Assembly: GCA_050633305.1 (NCBI GenBank)
Contig: JBOEGF010000005.1
Span: 256,001 to 320,000 of the forward strand
Direction: 5' to 3'
Length of the DNA: 64,000 bases
Source: Nannocystales bacterium
Lineage (GTDB): Bacteria > Myxococcota_A > Polyangia > Nannocystales > Nannocystaceae
The position numbers and the translations under genes were made by a program. The notes beneath the pieces are model-generated. The model saw nothing but the letters and a program-made list of their open reading frames with translations. It was not told the DNA's origin and searched no databases. Positions 16,702-26,603 of the stretch are shown here, in pieces; the first letter of the stretch is position 1; each line of letters opens with the position of its first letter.

Positions 16702-17712
16702 ATGGAAGCTCGGTGGGTGTTGTGGGGACTTGTGTCGCTGACCGCATGCGGTGACGACGAAGGACGCCCATCTGGGGCCGCGACGCTTGGCACGCTGACC
16801 ACTGCCACGGCGACAGAGGGGGCAACGGAGGGGGACAGCGCCACCGAGGGGCCGTTCGACAGTGATGACGGCGGTCCGGAGGGAGGGAGCGGGGGCGTCC
16901 CAACCTTCGACGTTGGCTCGTCGGACCCGGATGGCTCGCAGGACGACGGATGCAAGAAGGTCGACGTGGTGTTCGCAGTCGACAACTCGGGCAGCATGAG
17001 CGAGGAGCACGATGCCCTGCGGGGCCCCGTATTCGACTCGTTCCCGCAGCAGCTCCTCGACATCAACAACGGCATTCAAGACTTCCGGCTGGGGGTGATC
17101 GACGCATGCCCCAAGCCGGCGTGGTTCCACAATTGGGGAGCCTCGGGCGCATGCAACTTCTCGACGGGCGCCAACTACATGAGCTCCACCTCTGCCAATC
17201 TTGCGGCGGAGTTCTCGTGCGTCACAGCCTTCTCGGCCCAAGGGTTCGAGAACATGCCGGACCAGTGCGTCGACGATGGTGCACTGGCCGATGACGACGA
17301 GCAGCCCTCTCTGACCGCGGCGGAAGCGGTGTCGGCAGCCAACCTCGGCGGCATGAACCTCGACTTCATCCGGGACGACGCCATCTTGTTCGTCGTGGCG
17401 ATGACGGACGAGGACGAAGAGTTCGCCGACGTCGACTCCGCGCAGGAGATCTACGACCGTCTTGTTGCCGCCAAGGGCGGGGATGTTTCGAGTGTCGTCT
17501 ACCTTGGCGTCGCGGGGAACTCGGTCTGCGCCGGTCCGTACGGGACAGCGTTGGACGCCGAACACGCGAAAGAGGTCGCGAACTTGTTCTCGTTGCAGGG
17601 GCAGGGGCTGTTCTGGGACCTCTGCCAAGGCAACCTGGAGACCGCGTTCCAGACCGCGATCTCCACGATTGTCGACGACACGTGTCAAGGCTTCACCCCT
17701 CCTGAGGGGTAG
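16702..17712 (+). CDS. vWA (MIDAS) domain lipoprotein, myxobacterial type
   Basis: LTACGDD lipobox; VDVVFAVDNSGSM MIDAS motif; MTDEDE. Confidence 0.8.
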   Translation: MEARWVLWGLVSLTACGDDEGRPSGAATLGTLTTATATEGATEGDSATEGPFDSDDGGPEGGSGGVPTFDVGSSDPDGSQDDGCKKVDVVFAVDNSGSMSEEHDALRGPVFDSFPQQLLDINNGIQDFRLGVIDACPKPAWFHNWGASGACNFSTGANYMSSTSANLAAEFSCVTAFSAQGFENMPDQCVDDGALADDDEQPSLTAAEAVSAANLGGMNLDFIRDDAILFVVAMTDEDEEFADVDSAQEIYDRLVAAKGGDVSSVVYLGVAGNSVCAGPYGTALDAEHAKEVANLFSLQGQGLFWDLCQGNLETAFQTAISTIVDDTCQGFTPPEG

Positions 17713-17734
17713 GCGGTCGCCACGTCTGAGCGGC

Positions 17735-18151
17735 CTACTGAATCGAGATCAGCTCGACGTCGAACACCAGCATGCCCGCCGGACGACCCGGTGCGCCCTT
17801 GTACGCGAGGGGTTCAGGGATCCACATCCGGTGCTTCGCGCCGACCGACATCAGCGGAACACCCAGGGTCCAACCCGCGATCACACCCGTGAGCGGGAAC
17901 GAGGAGGGCTCGCCGCGTGCGACGGAGCTGTCGAACATCTCGCCATCGGTGGTCCACCCCGTGTAGTGCACCGTCACGGTGTCCGCCGCCGTGGGCTTGG
18001 GCCCGTCTCCCTCTTGGAGGACCTTGTAGGCTAGCCCTGCGGCGGTGACCTGAGCATCTGCAGGGGGTGCGGCGACGTCGGTGGGCGGGGGGATCGGCTT
18101 CGTACAGCCCACTGAAAGCAGGGCCAGGAGGGGAACGGCCAGTTGGCGCAT
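17735..18151 (-). CDS. FKBP-type peptidyl-prolyl isomerase (lipoprotein)
   Basis: VTVHYTGW, FDSS, VIAGW, IPEPLAY, LVFDVELI motifs. Confidence 0.93.
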   Translation of the reverse strand: MRQLAVPLLALLSVGCTKPIPPPTDVAAPPADAQVTAAGLAYKVLQEGDGPKPTAADTVTVHYTGWTTDGEMFDSSVARGEPSSFPLTGVIAGWTLGVPLMSVGAKHRMWIPEPLAYKGAPGRPAGMLVFDVELISIQ

Positions 18152-18209
18152 CGGAGAAGGAGCATAGCAGCCGTTCTCATCAGGTGGATTCCAGAGTATT
18201 GTCGCCGGA

Positions 18210-18992
18210 GTGCCGGGGCCGGATGATGCGATCGTTCTCGAGAACGTGTGCAAGTCGTTCGGGACGTTTCGCGTCCTCGACGGCATTAGCCTCACGGTGA
18301 AGAAGGGCTCGATCACGGTCCTGCTCGGGCCGTCGGGTACCGGCAAGTCGGTGCTGCTGCGGATCCTCGTGGGCCTGATGCGTCCCGATTCGGGCAACGT
18401 CTACGTGGGACAGCAGAACATCGCGCAGCTCGACGACAAGCGCTCGAGGGATCGCAAGACGCTGTTCGACGTGCGGCGCAAGTTCGGGATGTTGTTCCAG
18501 GACGGCGCGTTGTTCGACGACATCACCGTGTTCGAGAACGTCGCGTTCCCGATGCGGATGCACACCAAGATGTCCGAAGATGAGATCCGGGCCAAGGTCA
18601 GCGACAAGCTGGCGCGGGTCGGGCTTCCTCATGCGGTCGACAAGCATCCGTCCGAACTCAGTGGCGGAATGCGAAAACGCGTCGCGTTCGCCCGGGCCAT
18701 CGCGCTCGAACCCGAGATCGTCCTGTGTGATGAGCCCAGCTCCGGCCTCGACCCGGTGATGTCGGCCACGCTGGACGAGCTCATCATGGAAATGCATCGC
18801 ACGTTGGGGCTCTGCTTCATCGTCATCTCGCACGACACCGCGGAAGCCCTGACGATCGCAGACACGATCGGCATGCTTGCCGGGGGCAAACTCGTGCACT
18901 ACGGACCGCGCGCCGACCTCGAACACGAGTGTCATCCCGCGCTCCGCCAGTTCTTCGATCGTGAGACCGAGGGACCCATCAAGGTCGTCTGA
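18210..18992 (+). CDS. mlaF: MlaF/Mkl-family ABC ATPase
   Basis: Walker A GPSGTGKS; FQDGALFD; LSGGMRKR; DEPSSGLDP. Confidence 0.92.
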   Translation: MPGPDDAIVLENVCKSFGTFRVLDGISLTVKKGSITVLLGPSGTGKSVLLRILVGLMRPDSGNVYVGQQNIAQLDDKRSRDRKTLFDVRRKFGMLFQDGALFDDITVFENVAFPMRMHTKMSEDEIRAKVSDKLARVGLPHAVDKHPSELSGGMRKRVAFARAIALEPEIVLCDEPSSGLDPVMSATLDELIMEMHRTLGLCFIVISHDTAEALTIADTIGMLAGGKLVHYGPRADLEHECHPALRQFFDRETEGPIKVV

Positions 18993-20047
18993 TGAACCGT
19001 ACGTACATTGGGTTGGGAGCGTTTGTGGTCGTCTCGGTGGGGCTTCTGCTCTACCTTGCGCAGTCGATCGGTGCGATCGGGGCCGGAGGCGGCACCAAGT
19101 ACGAGCTGCGGCTGCAGTTTGCCGCTGGGCTGGTCGAGAACAACGCGGTGAAGATCGCGGGCGTGGGCGTCGGCCGAATCTCCCAGATCGAAGTCGACCA
19201 CGACATCGCCGTCCTCACCCTCGAGGTCGATGAAGGCATCGTCCTTCACGACGACGCTCGGGCTATCGTTCGTGCGAAGAGCCTGCTGGGGGAGAAGTAC
19301 CTTCAGGTTCACCCCGGAAGCGTCGATGCCCCGGTCCTGCCCGCGGGCGGCGAGATTGTCCATGTGGACGCACCGTTCGAGATCGACCAGGTGCTCAACG
19401 CGCTCGAGCCTGTCCTGGGCGGTGAGGACAACATCGCCGCGTCCTTGGCTCCGCTGGCCAAGACTCTCAGCGAGTTGCTCGATGACGCAGCCGGCAAGAA
19501 CGGCGACCCGGCGATCATCTCCCGCGAAGAGATTCGCGGCATGATCGACGACATCAAGGCCACGACCGCTTCGGGGCGTCGCATCGTCGAAACCAACGAA
19601 GAAGGTATCGCGACGCTCGTGACCGAGACCAACACCCTGGTCAAGAAGTCCAATCGCCTGATCGATGACCCTCGGATCAGTCGGACGTTGACCCGCGTCG
19701 ACTCGATGACGAAGACGCTGGACGAGAAACTTCCCCGTCTCATCGAGCGCTCCGAGTCTGCGATCGCCAAGCTTGAGAAGATGGCCGACATCGTCGATGA
19801 CGACCGTGCGAAGAAGATCAAGACGATGATCGACGACGCCTCGGTCGCGACGAAGAACCTGCGCAAGATCAGCAACGAGCTTTCTGACGTGGGTGGCGTG
19901 CTCGATCCGATGCTCCGGGACCTGAGCACCATCGCGAAGCGTGCCGCGGCGATCGACGAGAGGATCATCCGCAAGTTCGTGCAAAAGGAAGGCATCAAAG
20001 TCTTCGTCGGCAGCAAGCGCGAAGCTGGGCGTCTCCTCAAGGAGTAG
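18992..20047 (+). CDS. mlaD: MCE/MlaD-family protein with long helical C-terminal region
   Basis: N-terminal TM, GLVENNAVKIAGVGVGRI, SLLGEKYL, then an extended amphipathic helical region. Confidence 0.9.
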   Translation: MNRTYIGLGAFVVVSVGLLLYLAQSIGAIGAGGGTKYELRLQFAAGLVENNAVKIAGVGVGRISQIEVDHDIAVLTLEVDEGIVLHDDARAIVRAKSLLGEKYLQVHPGSVDAPVLPAGGEIVHVDAPFEIDQVLNALEPVLGGEDNIAASLAPLAKTLSELLDDAAGKNGDPAIISREEIRGMIDDIKATTASGRRIVETNEEGIATLVTETNTLVKKSNRLIDDPRISRTLTRVDSMTKTLDEKLPRLIERSESAIAKLEKMADIVDDDRAKKIKTMIDDASVATKNLRKISNELSDVGGVLDPMLRDLSTIAKRAAAIDERIIRKFVQKEGIKVFVGSKREAGRLLKE

Positions 20048-20204
20048 CCATTCCGGCGGGTCTGCGAAGCGCTGCTGTGAGGCCCGCGCTTCGCCCCGCC
20101 GCGACTTGACGACGCTCAGCTGCGCTCTACCGAGCACCCGGCGCAGAGCTCCGGCCGCCGGGCGCGTTGTCGCCGCGGCGGTGCCGTGCCACCGTGACCT
20201 TCGC

Positions 20205-23200
20205 ATGGCACGTCGTCCTCGTTCTTCGTTCCCGTCGTCGATGGCTCTTGCCGCTTTTCTGCTCGCGCCGGCGTGCAAGGGTGACCGTGGTGCCGGTGCC
20301 TCCCCGATCGGGTCTGCGGCCCCCGGAGAGACCGAAGGGGTGGCCGACGAGGCGGCCAAGCTCGCGATTCCGGACGAGGGTCCGCTACCGAAGCTGCGGA
20401 CTGGCGCGCGGGAGCTGGAGACCGCGGACGCCGTGGTCGCGGAGATGGCTGCCCACGCTGAGCGTGGCGCGCACTACTACGCCGTGGTGCTTCCCAACAG
20501 CGCTCGCGCCTTGGCGGACGGGGAGGCAGTGCGCCTTCATATCGAGACCCCGGCCGTCGCTGTCGGGGTTGTGCACCGCTCGCAAGGCGCCACCGAAGCG
20601 CTGGTTCGAGTGCCGGCCACAGCCGGACCTGCACCGGAGATCACGGGCACCGTATACGTGGTGGGGTCCTCGGGGCGCGGAAACTGGACCGCAGTCCCAT
20701 TCTCGGCCAAGGGTGCGGCCAAGGAGTCGAACGACGCGGACCTGCCACGCCGCTGGGCGGAAGCCTTTGGGCAACAGCGTCGCGGAGACCGCGTGCGCTG
20801 GTGGATGGATCGTTCGTCGCACCCGTGGAACGAGTTCGCAGCGGGTCGGGTGTGGTCCGCTGTGACGGGTACCAGCCGGGGGGAAGGGGTGAGCACGGGC
20901 GCGCCGACTCTTCCCCGACGAACCGAGCTGTCGGAACTCATGCACACGACCACCGCGGCGACGTCGATGCAAGAGGCCCTGCAGCACGACCGTGGTCTAC
21001 GTCTTCGAGCGACTCCTGGCCCAGCGAACGTTCCCCTGTCACAGCTCGAGGGGCCGGAACTCGAGGAGCACCCGTGGGCGGAGATGACGGCCGCGCTCCC
21101 CAACCCGACCGGGGGAATTGCCGAGCCGCTCGCGGCCGATGCTCCGGCGGACTTCTGGTACGTCCGCTTCGACGACATCCGCGTGTTTCTCCAGGTTCTC
21201 GACGAAGCCGACACCTGGATCACACCCGTGGCCCACGTCATGGAGGAACGCGGAGAGGTGCGGGGGTTGGCGAAGCGATACCAGGCCCAGCTCGGCCTGC
21301 GGCGAACTGGGTTGGCAAAAAGACTCGGACACACCGTCGTCGAGCGCGTTGCGGTCGTGGGGAGCGACCCCTATCTCCGCGAGGGGAGCGACGTGACGTT
21401 CATGTTCGCCTTGAACAACGCGACCGTGTTCAACACCGAACTCGGGCGTCACATGAGTGCCTACGAGTCTGAGGTCCCCGGAATCGTGAAGACGCAGCTC
21501 GTCCACGGTTCACACACGATCACCGTCCATCGAGACCCTGCTGGCGTCGTCCGCCAACACCGGGCCCTGGTCGACAACGTTGCGTTGGTCTCCAACAGCG
21601 AAGGCGCGATCCGGGCCGTGCTCGATGCTGCTGACGGCAAGCGCCCACGTCTCTCCGACGAGGCTGACCTGGGATACATGCTGGCCCGTGACCCCGGGCA
21701 GCACCAAGGCTTCGCATTCCTCAGCGACCGCTTCATCGCGAAGGTCGTAGGTCCCGAGCAGAAGGTCCTGGCCTCTCGTCGCCAGCGCGCGCTGGCGGAT
21801 TTGCTTACCCCGGGCTACAGCGCGCTGTTGTACGGCTGGCTCGAAGGAAAGGCGCCGGCCGACACCGAAGCGTTGATCGCCTCGCACCTTCTGGATCGAG
21901 AGGAGTTGAGCCATGCCGGAGGGGAGACGATCGCGTTCACACCCGGCACGGGTGCGCGTTCGTCGTGGGGCAGCCCCGCGGCGCTGACTCCACTGATCGA
22001 CCTCCCTCGGCCCACGATGGTGACTGAAGCCGAGAGGATTGCGTATGGGGGGTTCATTCGCGGGTATCAGAATTACTGGCGCAGCTTCATCGACCCCGTC
22101 GCGATTCGTCTCGACCTCGAGGGCGAGCCAGGGGCGGAACAAGCGGTCGTCGATGTTCGTGTCTTGCCGCTCATCTCCGGCACCCAATACAGCGACATCG
22201 AGGAGATCGTGGGAACCGAGCGAGTTGAAGTCCCGGCGATCGACGATGGGCTGCAGATGGTCTGGGCCGTCGGGGAGGATTCGTCCGTGCGCCGCGACCT
22301 CGATCGGGCTGCCAGCAGCCTCACTGGCAACAAAGACATTGGTCTGGGGTGGCTGGGCGAGTGGGTGATGGTCGGTAGCCTCGACCGGCATGCGGTTGTG
22401 GAGATGCTGGTCGAGGTCGACGAGGATATTCAGCTCCCGAAACCAGAGTCCGACGAGCAGGGGGGCGGGAGAGCCGAAGACCTCGAAATCGTGCAGAAGA
22501 TCGGACGCCTACCCGTGTACGCAGCCGCGCATGTTCGCAACCCGGCGTCGTTGATCATGGTGCTCACTGCGATTCGCGGGATGGTCAACGAAGTCGCACC
22601 GGGCATGGTGTTGTGGGGAGAAGACTCCCGTTACCGCGACTACTCTATCGTGCGGGTGGGCATCAACCCGAAGGCACCCGGGGAGTTCGGCGGGTTCGCG
22701 GATGCGATCGCGCTGTACTACGTGCAAGCGGGCGAATCGATCGTGTTCGCACTCCGCCCCAAGGTGCTCGAAGCGTTGGTCGACCGAATCGTGGATGGTG
22801 GCGGCCCTCGACCCGGAGCGGAAGACGGCCCTCAGTTTGTCGTGGATGCGAGGCTCGCGAAGAACCGCGCGAGCTGGACGGCGGCTGCTTGGGCGCTGCA
22901 AGGTCAGGCCAATCGCAGCCAGGGCTCCTCGCGTGCGGCAGCCGAGATCCTGTTACGCGGCGACCCCAGCTTGAGGACCCCGGAGCAACTCGTGGAGCGC
23001 GGCCTCGCCTACTTCGGTAGCCATCCCGTCAGCGCTTCGGGGGGGAGCGAGTTCGAGTTGTCGCCGGCTGGCGTGTCGGACCCGATCCACGGCAGCGAGG
23101 TCGTACCCTCGTTTCCCGAGCTTCCCGTGGCGGGGAGTCCGATCGACGCACTCATGCAGCGACTCGTCGGGCTGCAGGCATCGGTGGCTTTCGATCGAGA

Positions 23201-23270
23201 GCCCGCCAAGCTCGACCCGCCCGCGCGCAGTCTGCATACGCACTTCAGGGTGCATCTGGGACAGCGGTAG
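20205..23270 (+). CDS. Large (about 1020 aa) lipoprotein of unknown function
   Basis: Long ORF with GC3 bias and a signal peptide ending LAPAC; no catalytic motif recognised. Confidence 0.8.
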   Translation: MARRPRSSFPSSMALAAFLLAPACKGDRGAGASPIGSAAPGETEGVADEAAKLAIPDEGPLPKLRTGARELETADAVVAEMAAHAERGAHYYAVVLPNSARALADGEAVRLHIETPAVAVGVVHRSQGATEALVRVPATAGPAPEITGTVYVVGSSGRGNWTAVPFSAKGAAKESNDADLPRRWAEAFGQQRRGDRVRWWMDRSSHPWNEFAAGRVWSAVTGTSRGEGVSTGAPTLPRRTELSELMHTTTAATSMQEALQHDRGLRLRATPGPANVPLSQLEGPELEEHPWAEMTAALPNPTGGIAEPLAADAPADFWYVRFDDIRVFLQVLDEADTWITPVAHVMEERGEVRGLAKRYQAQLGLRRTGLAKRLGHTVVERVAVVGSDPYLREGSDVTFMFALNNATVFNTELGRHMSAYESEVPGIVKTQLVHGSHTITVHRDPAGVVRQHRALVDNVALVSNSEGAIRAVLDAADGKRPRLSDEADLGYMLARDPGQHQGFAFLSDRFIAKVVGPEQKVLASRRQRALADLLTPGYSALLYGWLEGKAPADTEALIASHLLDREELSHAGGETIAFTPGTGARSSWGSPAALTPLIDLPRPTMVTEAERIAYGGFIRGYQNYWRSFIDPVAIRLDLEGEPGAEQAVVDVRVLPLISGTQYSDIEEIVGTERVEVPAIDDGLQMVWAVGEDSSVRRDLDRAASSLTGNKDIGLGWLGEWVMVGSLDRHAVVEMLVEVDEDIQLPKPESDEQGGGRAEDLEIVQKIGRLPVYAAAHVRNPASLIMVLTAIRGMVNEVAPGMVLWGEDSRYRDYSIVRVGINPKAPGEFGGFADAIALYYVQAGESIVFALRPKVLEALVDRIVDGGGPRPGAEDGPQFVVDARLAKNRASWTAAAWALQGQANRSQGSSRAAAEILLRGDPSLRTPEQLVERGLAYFGSHPVSASGGSEFELSPAGVSDPIHGSEVVPSFPELPVAGSPIDALMQRLVGLQASVAFDREPAKLDPPARSLHTHFRVHLGQR

Positions 23271-23299
23271 GCGGGCGCCACAAAGGTTAGGATCCGGCC

Positions 23300-24436
23300 G
23301 TGGGAGTTCCCCCCGCCAGAAAACCGGTTCGCTGCGATACCTGGGCGAACCCCGAACAACTCGTCGGCACCACGCTCGACGGTCGGTATCGGGTCCTGCG
23401 GGTGCTGGGGGCCGGTGGCATGGGGGCTGTGTTCGAGGCCGAGCAGACGACCCTCCACAAGAGGGTGGCGATCAAGGTCCTCGCGCCGCGGCTCGCTCGG
23501 AATGCGGACCAGGTCGAGCGCTTCCTTCGCGAGGCGCAGGCTGCTTCGCGGGTCAGCAACATGCACGTGGTCGACATCAGTGACTTCGGTCGGGTGCCCT
23601 CGGGCTCGGTCTACTACGTGATGGAGCTGTTGCCGGGCCCCGACCTGCACCACATCATCCGTACCGAAGGCCGGCTCCCCTGGGTTCGGGCGAAGACGAT
23701 CCTGCTGCAGATCTGCCATGCTCTCGCCGCCGCGCATGACCAAGGCGTCGTGCACCGCGACATCAAGCCGGCCAACTGCGTGATCTTGCCGGACCCCGAC
23801 GATGCGGGGGGCGACTTCGTGAAAGTCGTCGATTTCGGAATCGCGAAGATCTTCGAAGCGGAAGGGACCGCAGGCTTGACCCGGCCGAACGAGATCATGG
23901 GGACTGTGGCTTACATGGCACCCGAGCAGGCGCTGTGTCGCCCCGTGGATGAGCGGACCGACGTCTACGCGCTCGGCGTTGTGGCGTTCGAGATGCTGAC
24001 GGGGCGAGTCCCCTTTCACGGTGAAGGCATCTTCGATGTGCTCGAGATGCACTGCCACACACCGCCACCATCGCTGACCGCAATCGCTCCGGACATCTCG
24101 CCGACTCTGGATGCGGTGGTACAGCGGGCGCTGAAAAAACACCCGCAGGAGCGTTTCCCCGACATGCGTAGCTTCGAGCAAGCGCTGCGCTCCATTGCCG
24201 ACGAAGGAGCGACGGTGCTTGGACCTGCGGACGCTCGCCCGTCGACGCGTCAAGCGGCAGAGGCGTCGACCGGTCCTGGTGGGATGCCGATCCAGAACCC
24301 GACCCCCCTGCCACATATCCGTCCGCCTTCGACGGGGATGGGTGTTTCCAACTTCGCGCTTCTCGCGGTGTGGATCGGAGTCCTGGCCGGCGGCATCGTC
24401 CTGGGCGCGTGGATCGTCTTCCGGTTCATGATGTGA
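23300..24436 (+). CDS. Hanks-type Ser/Thr protein kinase with C-terminal TM
   Basis: GAGGMG, VAIK, HRDIKPAN, DFG, APE and DVYALG motifs. Confidence 0.95.
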   Translation: MGVPPARKPVRCDTWANPEQLVGTTLDGRYRVLRVLGAGGMGAVFEAEQTTLHKRVAIKVLAPRLARNADQVERFLREAQAASRVSNMHVVDISDFGRVPSGSVYYVMELLPGPDLHHIIRTEGRLPWVRAKTILLQICHALAAAHDQGVVHRDIKPANCVILPDPDDAGGDFVKVVDFGIAKIFEAEGTAGLTRPNEIMGTVAYMAPEQALCRPVDERTDVYALGVVAFEMLTGRVPFHGEGIFDVLEMHCHTPPPSLTAIAPDISPTLDAVVQRALKKHPQERFPDMRSFEQALRSIADEGATVLGPADARPSTRQAAEASTGPGGMPIQNPTPLPHIRPPSTGMGVSNFALLAVWIGVLAGGIVLGAWIVFRFMM

Positions 24437-24702
24437 ACCTTCGTGGAAGAAGACGGCGCAACAGTGGGGTGAGGTCGGCGGTGGAAGGGTCCGGGCCACC
24501 TGGACTCGTCAAGCTCGTGGGTCACGAGCAGCAGTAGAGGGGCTCGTGAACTCAGCGGAGCTGGGCCGAGGGGACTCGCAGCCGTGTGCTCGACCCCTGA
24601 ACACGCGCACATGTTCGGCGGCGCCGGGTTTTGGGGGCGAGTCGGTGGGCGTTGGTAGGGTCGGGGTTCGTGGCTACGGGCTTCCGCAGCACCAATCCGT
24701 TC

Positions 24703-26568
24703 ATGCGTGCTGGAGGCACGCTGCTCCGCGGTCTCCCGTCGGTCGCGCCCACGTTCATTGTCGTGGCGCTGTTGGCCTGCGTGCTCGTCCCGCTGCCGAC
24801 GCCGCTGGTCGACCTTCTGCTCTCGGTGAGCTTGGCAGGCTCGGTGCTGCTGCTCGTCGGCAGCCTGACGATCGGTCGAAGTTCGGAGTTCTCGAACTTT
24901 CCCGCGCTCCTTCTACTCGCGACGCTGTTCCGGTTGGCGCTCAACGTGAGCACGACTCGGTTGATCCTCTCGCAGGCCGATGCGGGCCTGGTTGTGGATG
25001 CGTTCGCATCGATCGTGGTCCGTGGCGACCTGATCGTCGGCGGGGTGATGTTCGCGATCATCACGATCGTTCAGTTTGGCGTGATCGCTCGCGGTGCTGA
25101 GCGGGTGGCGGAAGTTGCCGCCCGGTTCGCGCTCGACGGGCTTCCGGGGCACCAAGCTGCGATCGACGCAGATCTGCGAGCTGGCGTTATCTCGGCCCGC
25201 GTCGCGAGTCGGCGCCGGGCCGAACTGGCGCAGCGTTCGAGTTTCTACGGTGCGATGGACGGTGCGATTCGCTTCGTCAAGGGAGACGCGATCGCAGGCC
25301 TGGCGATCACCTCCGTGAACCTCCTGGGCGGACTCGCGATCGGGGTGGGTCGGAACGGGATGTCTTGGATGGACAGCCTGACCCTCTACGGGCAACTGAC
25401 TGTCGGGGACGGGTTGTTGGCCCAAATCCCGGCGCTGTTGGTGAGCTTGGCCGCGGGGGTCCTCGTTGCGCGAGTGGACCAGCGAGAAGGGGAAGGGCGT
25501 TCATCGGTCCTTCGGTGGCTCGACCCCGCGATGTTGATCGTCCCCGCGTCGCTGTTGTTTGTGCTCGCGCTCATCCCCGGAATGCCGCGGGTTGCGTTCC
25601 TGGTGACAGCGGTTGGGCTCGTGACCTTTGCGATGGTGCTCACGCTTCGAAGCCTTGCCGCAGCGTCGCCGGGAGCGCTGCGCCAAGAAGGTGGTGCGAT
25701 CCGGGTGTTGCTCAACCCAAGCGCTGTGTCTGAGCGGACCGAGCTGATTCGGGTGCTGGCACAGCTGCGCCACGATTGTCGGGCTACGTTGGGCGTGGCC
25801 GTCCCCGCCATTGGGCTCGAACTTCGCGACGCGTTGCCGAAGGATGCGTTGGAGATCGAGATCGCGGGTCGTTCGATGCCGCGGCAGACCTTGCCTGGTG
25901 AGGCGGGTACCGATGCGATCGTTCTGAGAACGTTTCGCGCGGTGATGGACACCGCGCCCGAGTTGGTGGACCTCCAGGTTCTCGACCGGATGCTCGAGGA
26001 CACGCGCCAGTCGCACCCCGTCGTGGTGGCGCGCGCGCTGGCGAAGGTCGAGATCGAGGACGTCCTTCGCATCGTGCGCGGCTTCCTCCGAGAACGCGTG
26101 CGCGTTCCGCCCCTGGAGGTGTTGCTGGGTCTTCTGGCCGAGGATGGTCGCTTTCACGGCACCGCCGGGCGGCCTTTCGCGTGCGAGTGGGCACGCGTGG
26201 CCTTGCAGGACTACTGGGTTCACCCCGAACTCGCGGGCCTCCGAGGGCTGGGGCCCCTGCGCCTTGTCCGGCTCACCCCTGACGCGGAGGAGTTCCTGGT
26301 GACCGTGGTCGACGATACGGAAACGGGTCCCGTGGCTCGGGCGGATGCAGAGCAACGCCAAGCCTGGGTGTCGGCGATTCAAGACGTCGCCGAGCCGGGT
26401 GCAGGGGCGTTGGCCGTTGTGGCGTCGGTCCGGCAGCGGAGCCGGGTCGCCGCGATCTTGCGAGGCGTGACTCCACGCATCCCTTGCTTCAGCGGGGATG
26501 AGATGCAACACGCAGGCGTTGCGCTCGACGGCCCTTGGGTCGACGTCGACGTTCTCGAAGACGCTTGA
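24703..26568 (+). CDS. FlhA/SctV (FHIPEP) family type III export-gate protein with divergent C-terminal domain
   Basis: FPALLLLATLFRLALNVSTTRLIL; RVAEVAARFALDGLPGHQAAIDADL; FYGAMDGAIRFVKGDAIAG; LTVGDGLLAQIPAL. Confidence 0.9.
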   Translation: MRAGGTLLRGLPSVAPTFIVVALLACVLVPLPTPLVDLLLSVSLAGSVLLLVGSLTIGRSSEFSNFPALLLLATLFRLALNVSTTRLILSQADAGLVVDAFASIVVRGDLIVGGVMFAIITIVQFGVIARGAERVAEVAARFALDGLPGHQAAIDADLRAGVISARVASRRRAELAQRSSFYGAMDGAIRFVKGDAIAGLAITSVNLLGGLAIGVGRNGMSWMDSLTLYGQLTVGDGLLAQIPALLVSLAAGVLVARVDQREGEGRSSVLRWLDPAMLIVPASLLFVLALIPGMPRVAFLVTAVGLVTFAMVLTLRSLAAASPGALRQEGGAIRVLLNPSAVSERTELIRVLAQLRHDCRATLGVAVPAIGLELRDALPKDALEIEIAGRSMPRQTLPGEAGTDAIVLRTFRAVMDTAPELVDLQVLDRMLEDTRQSHPVVVARALAKVEIEDVLRIVRGFLRERVRVPPLEVLLGLLAEDGRFHGTAGRPFACEWARVALQDYWVHPELAGLRGLGPLRLVRLTPDAEEFLVTVVDDTETGPVARADAEQRQAWVSAIQDVAEPGAGALAVVASVRQRSRVAAILRGVTPRIPCFSGDEMQHAGVALDGPWVDVDVLEDA

Positions 26569-26603
26569 TTGAAGCACCCCGTTGGTGGCAGCGTGCGAGC
26601 CCG

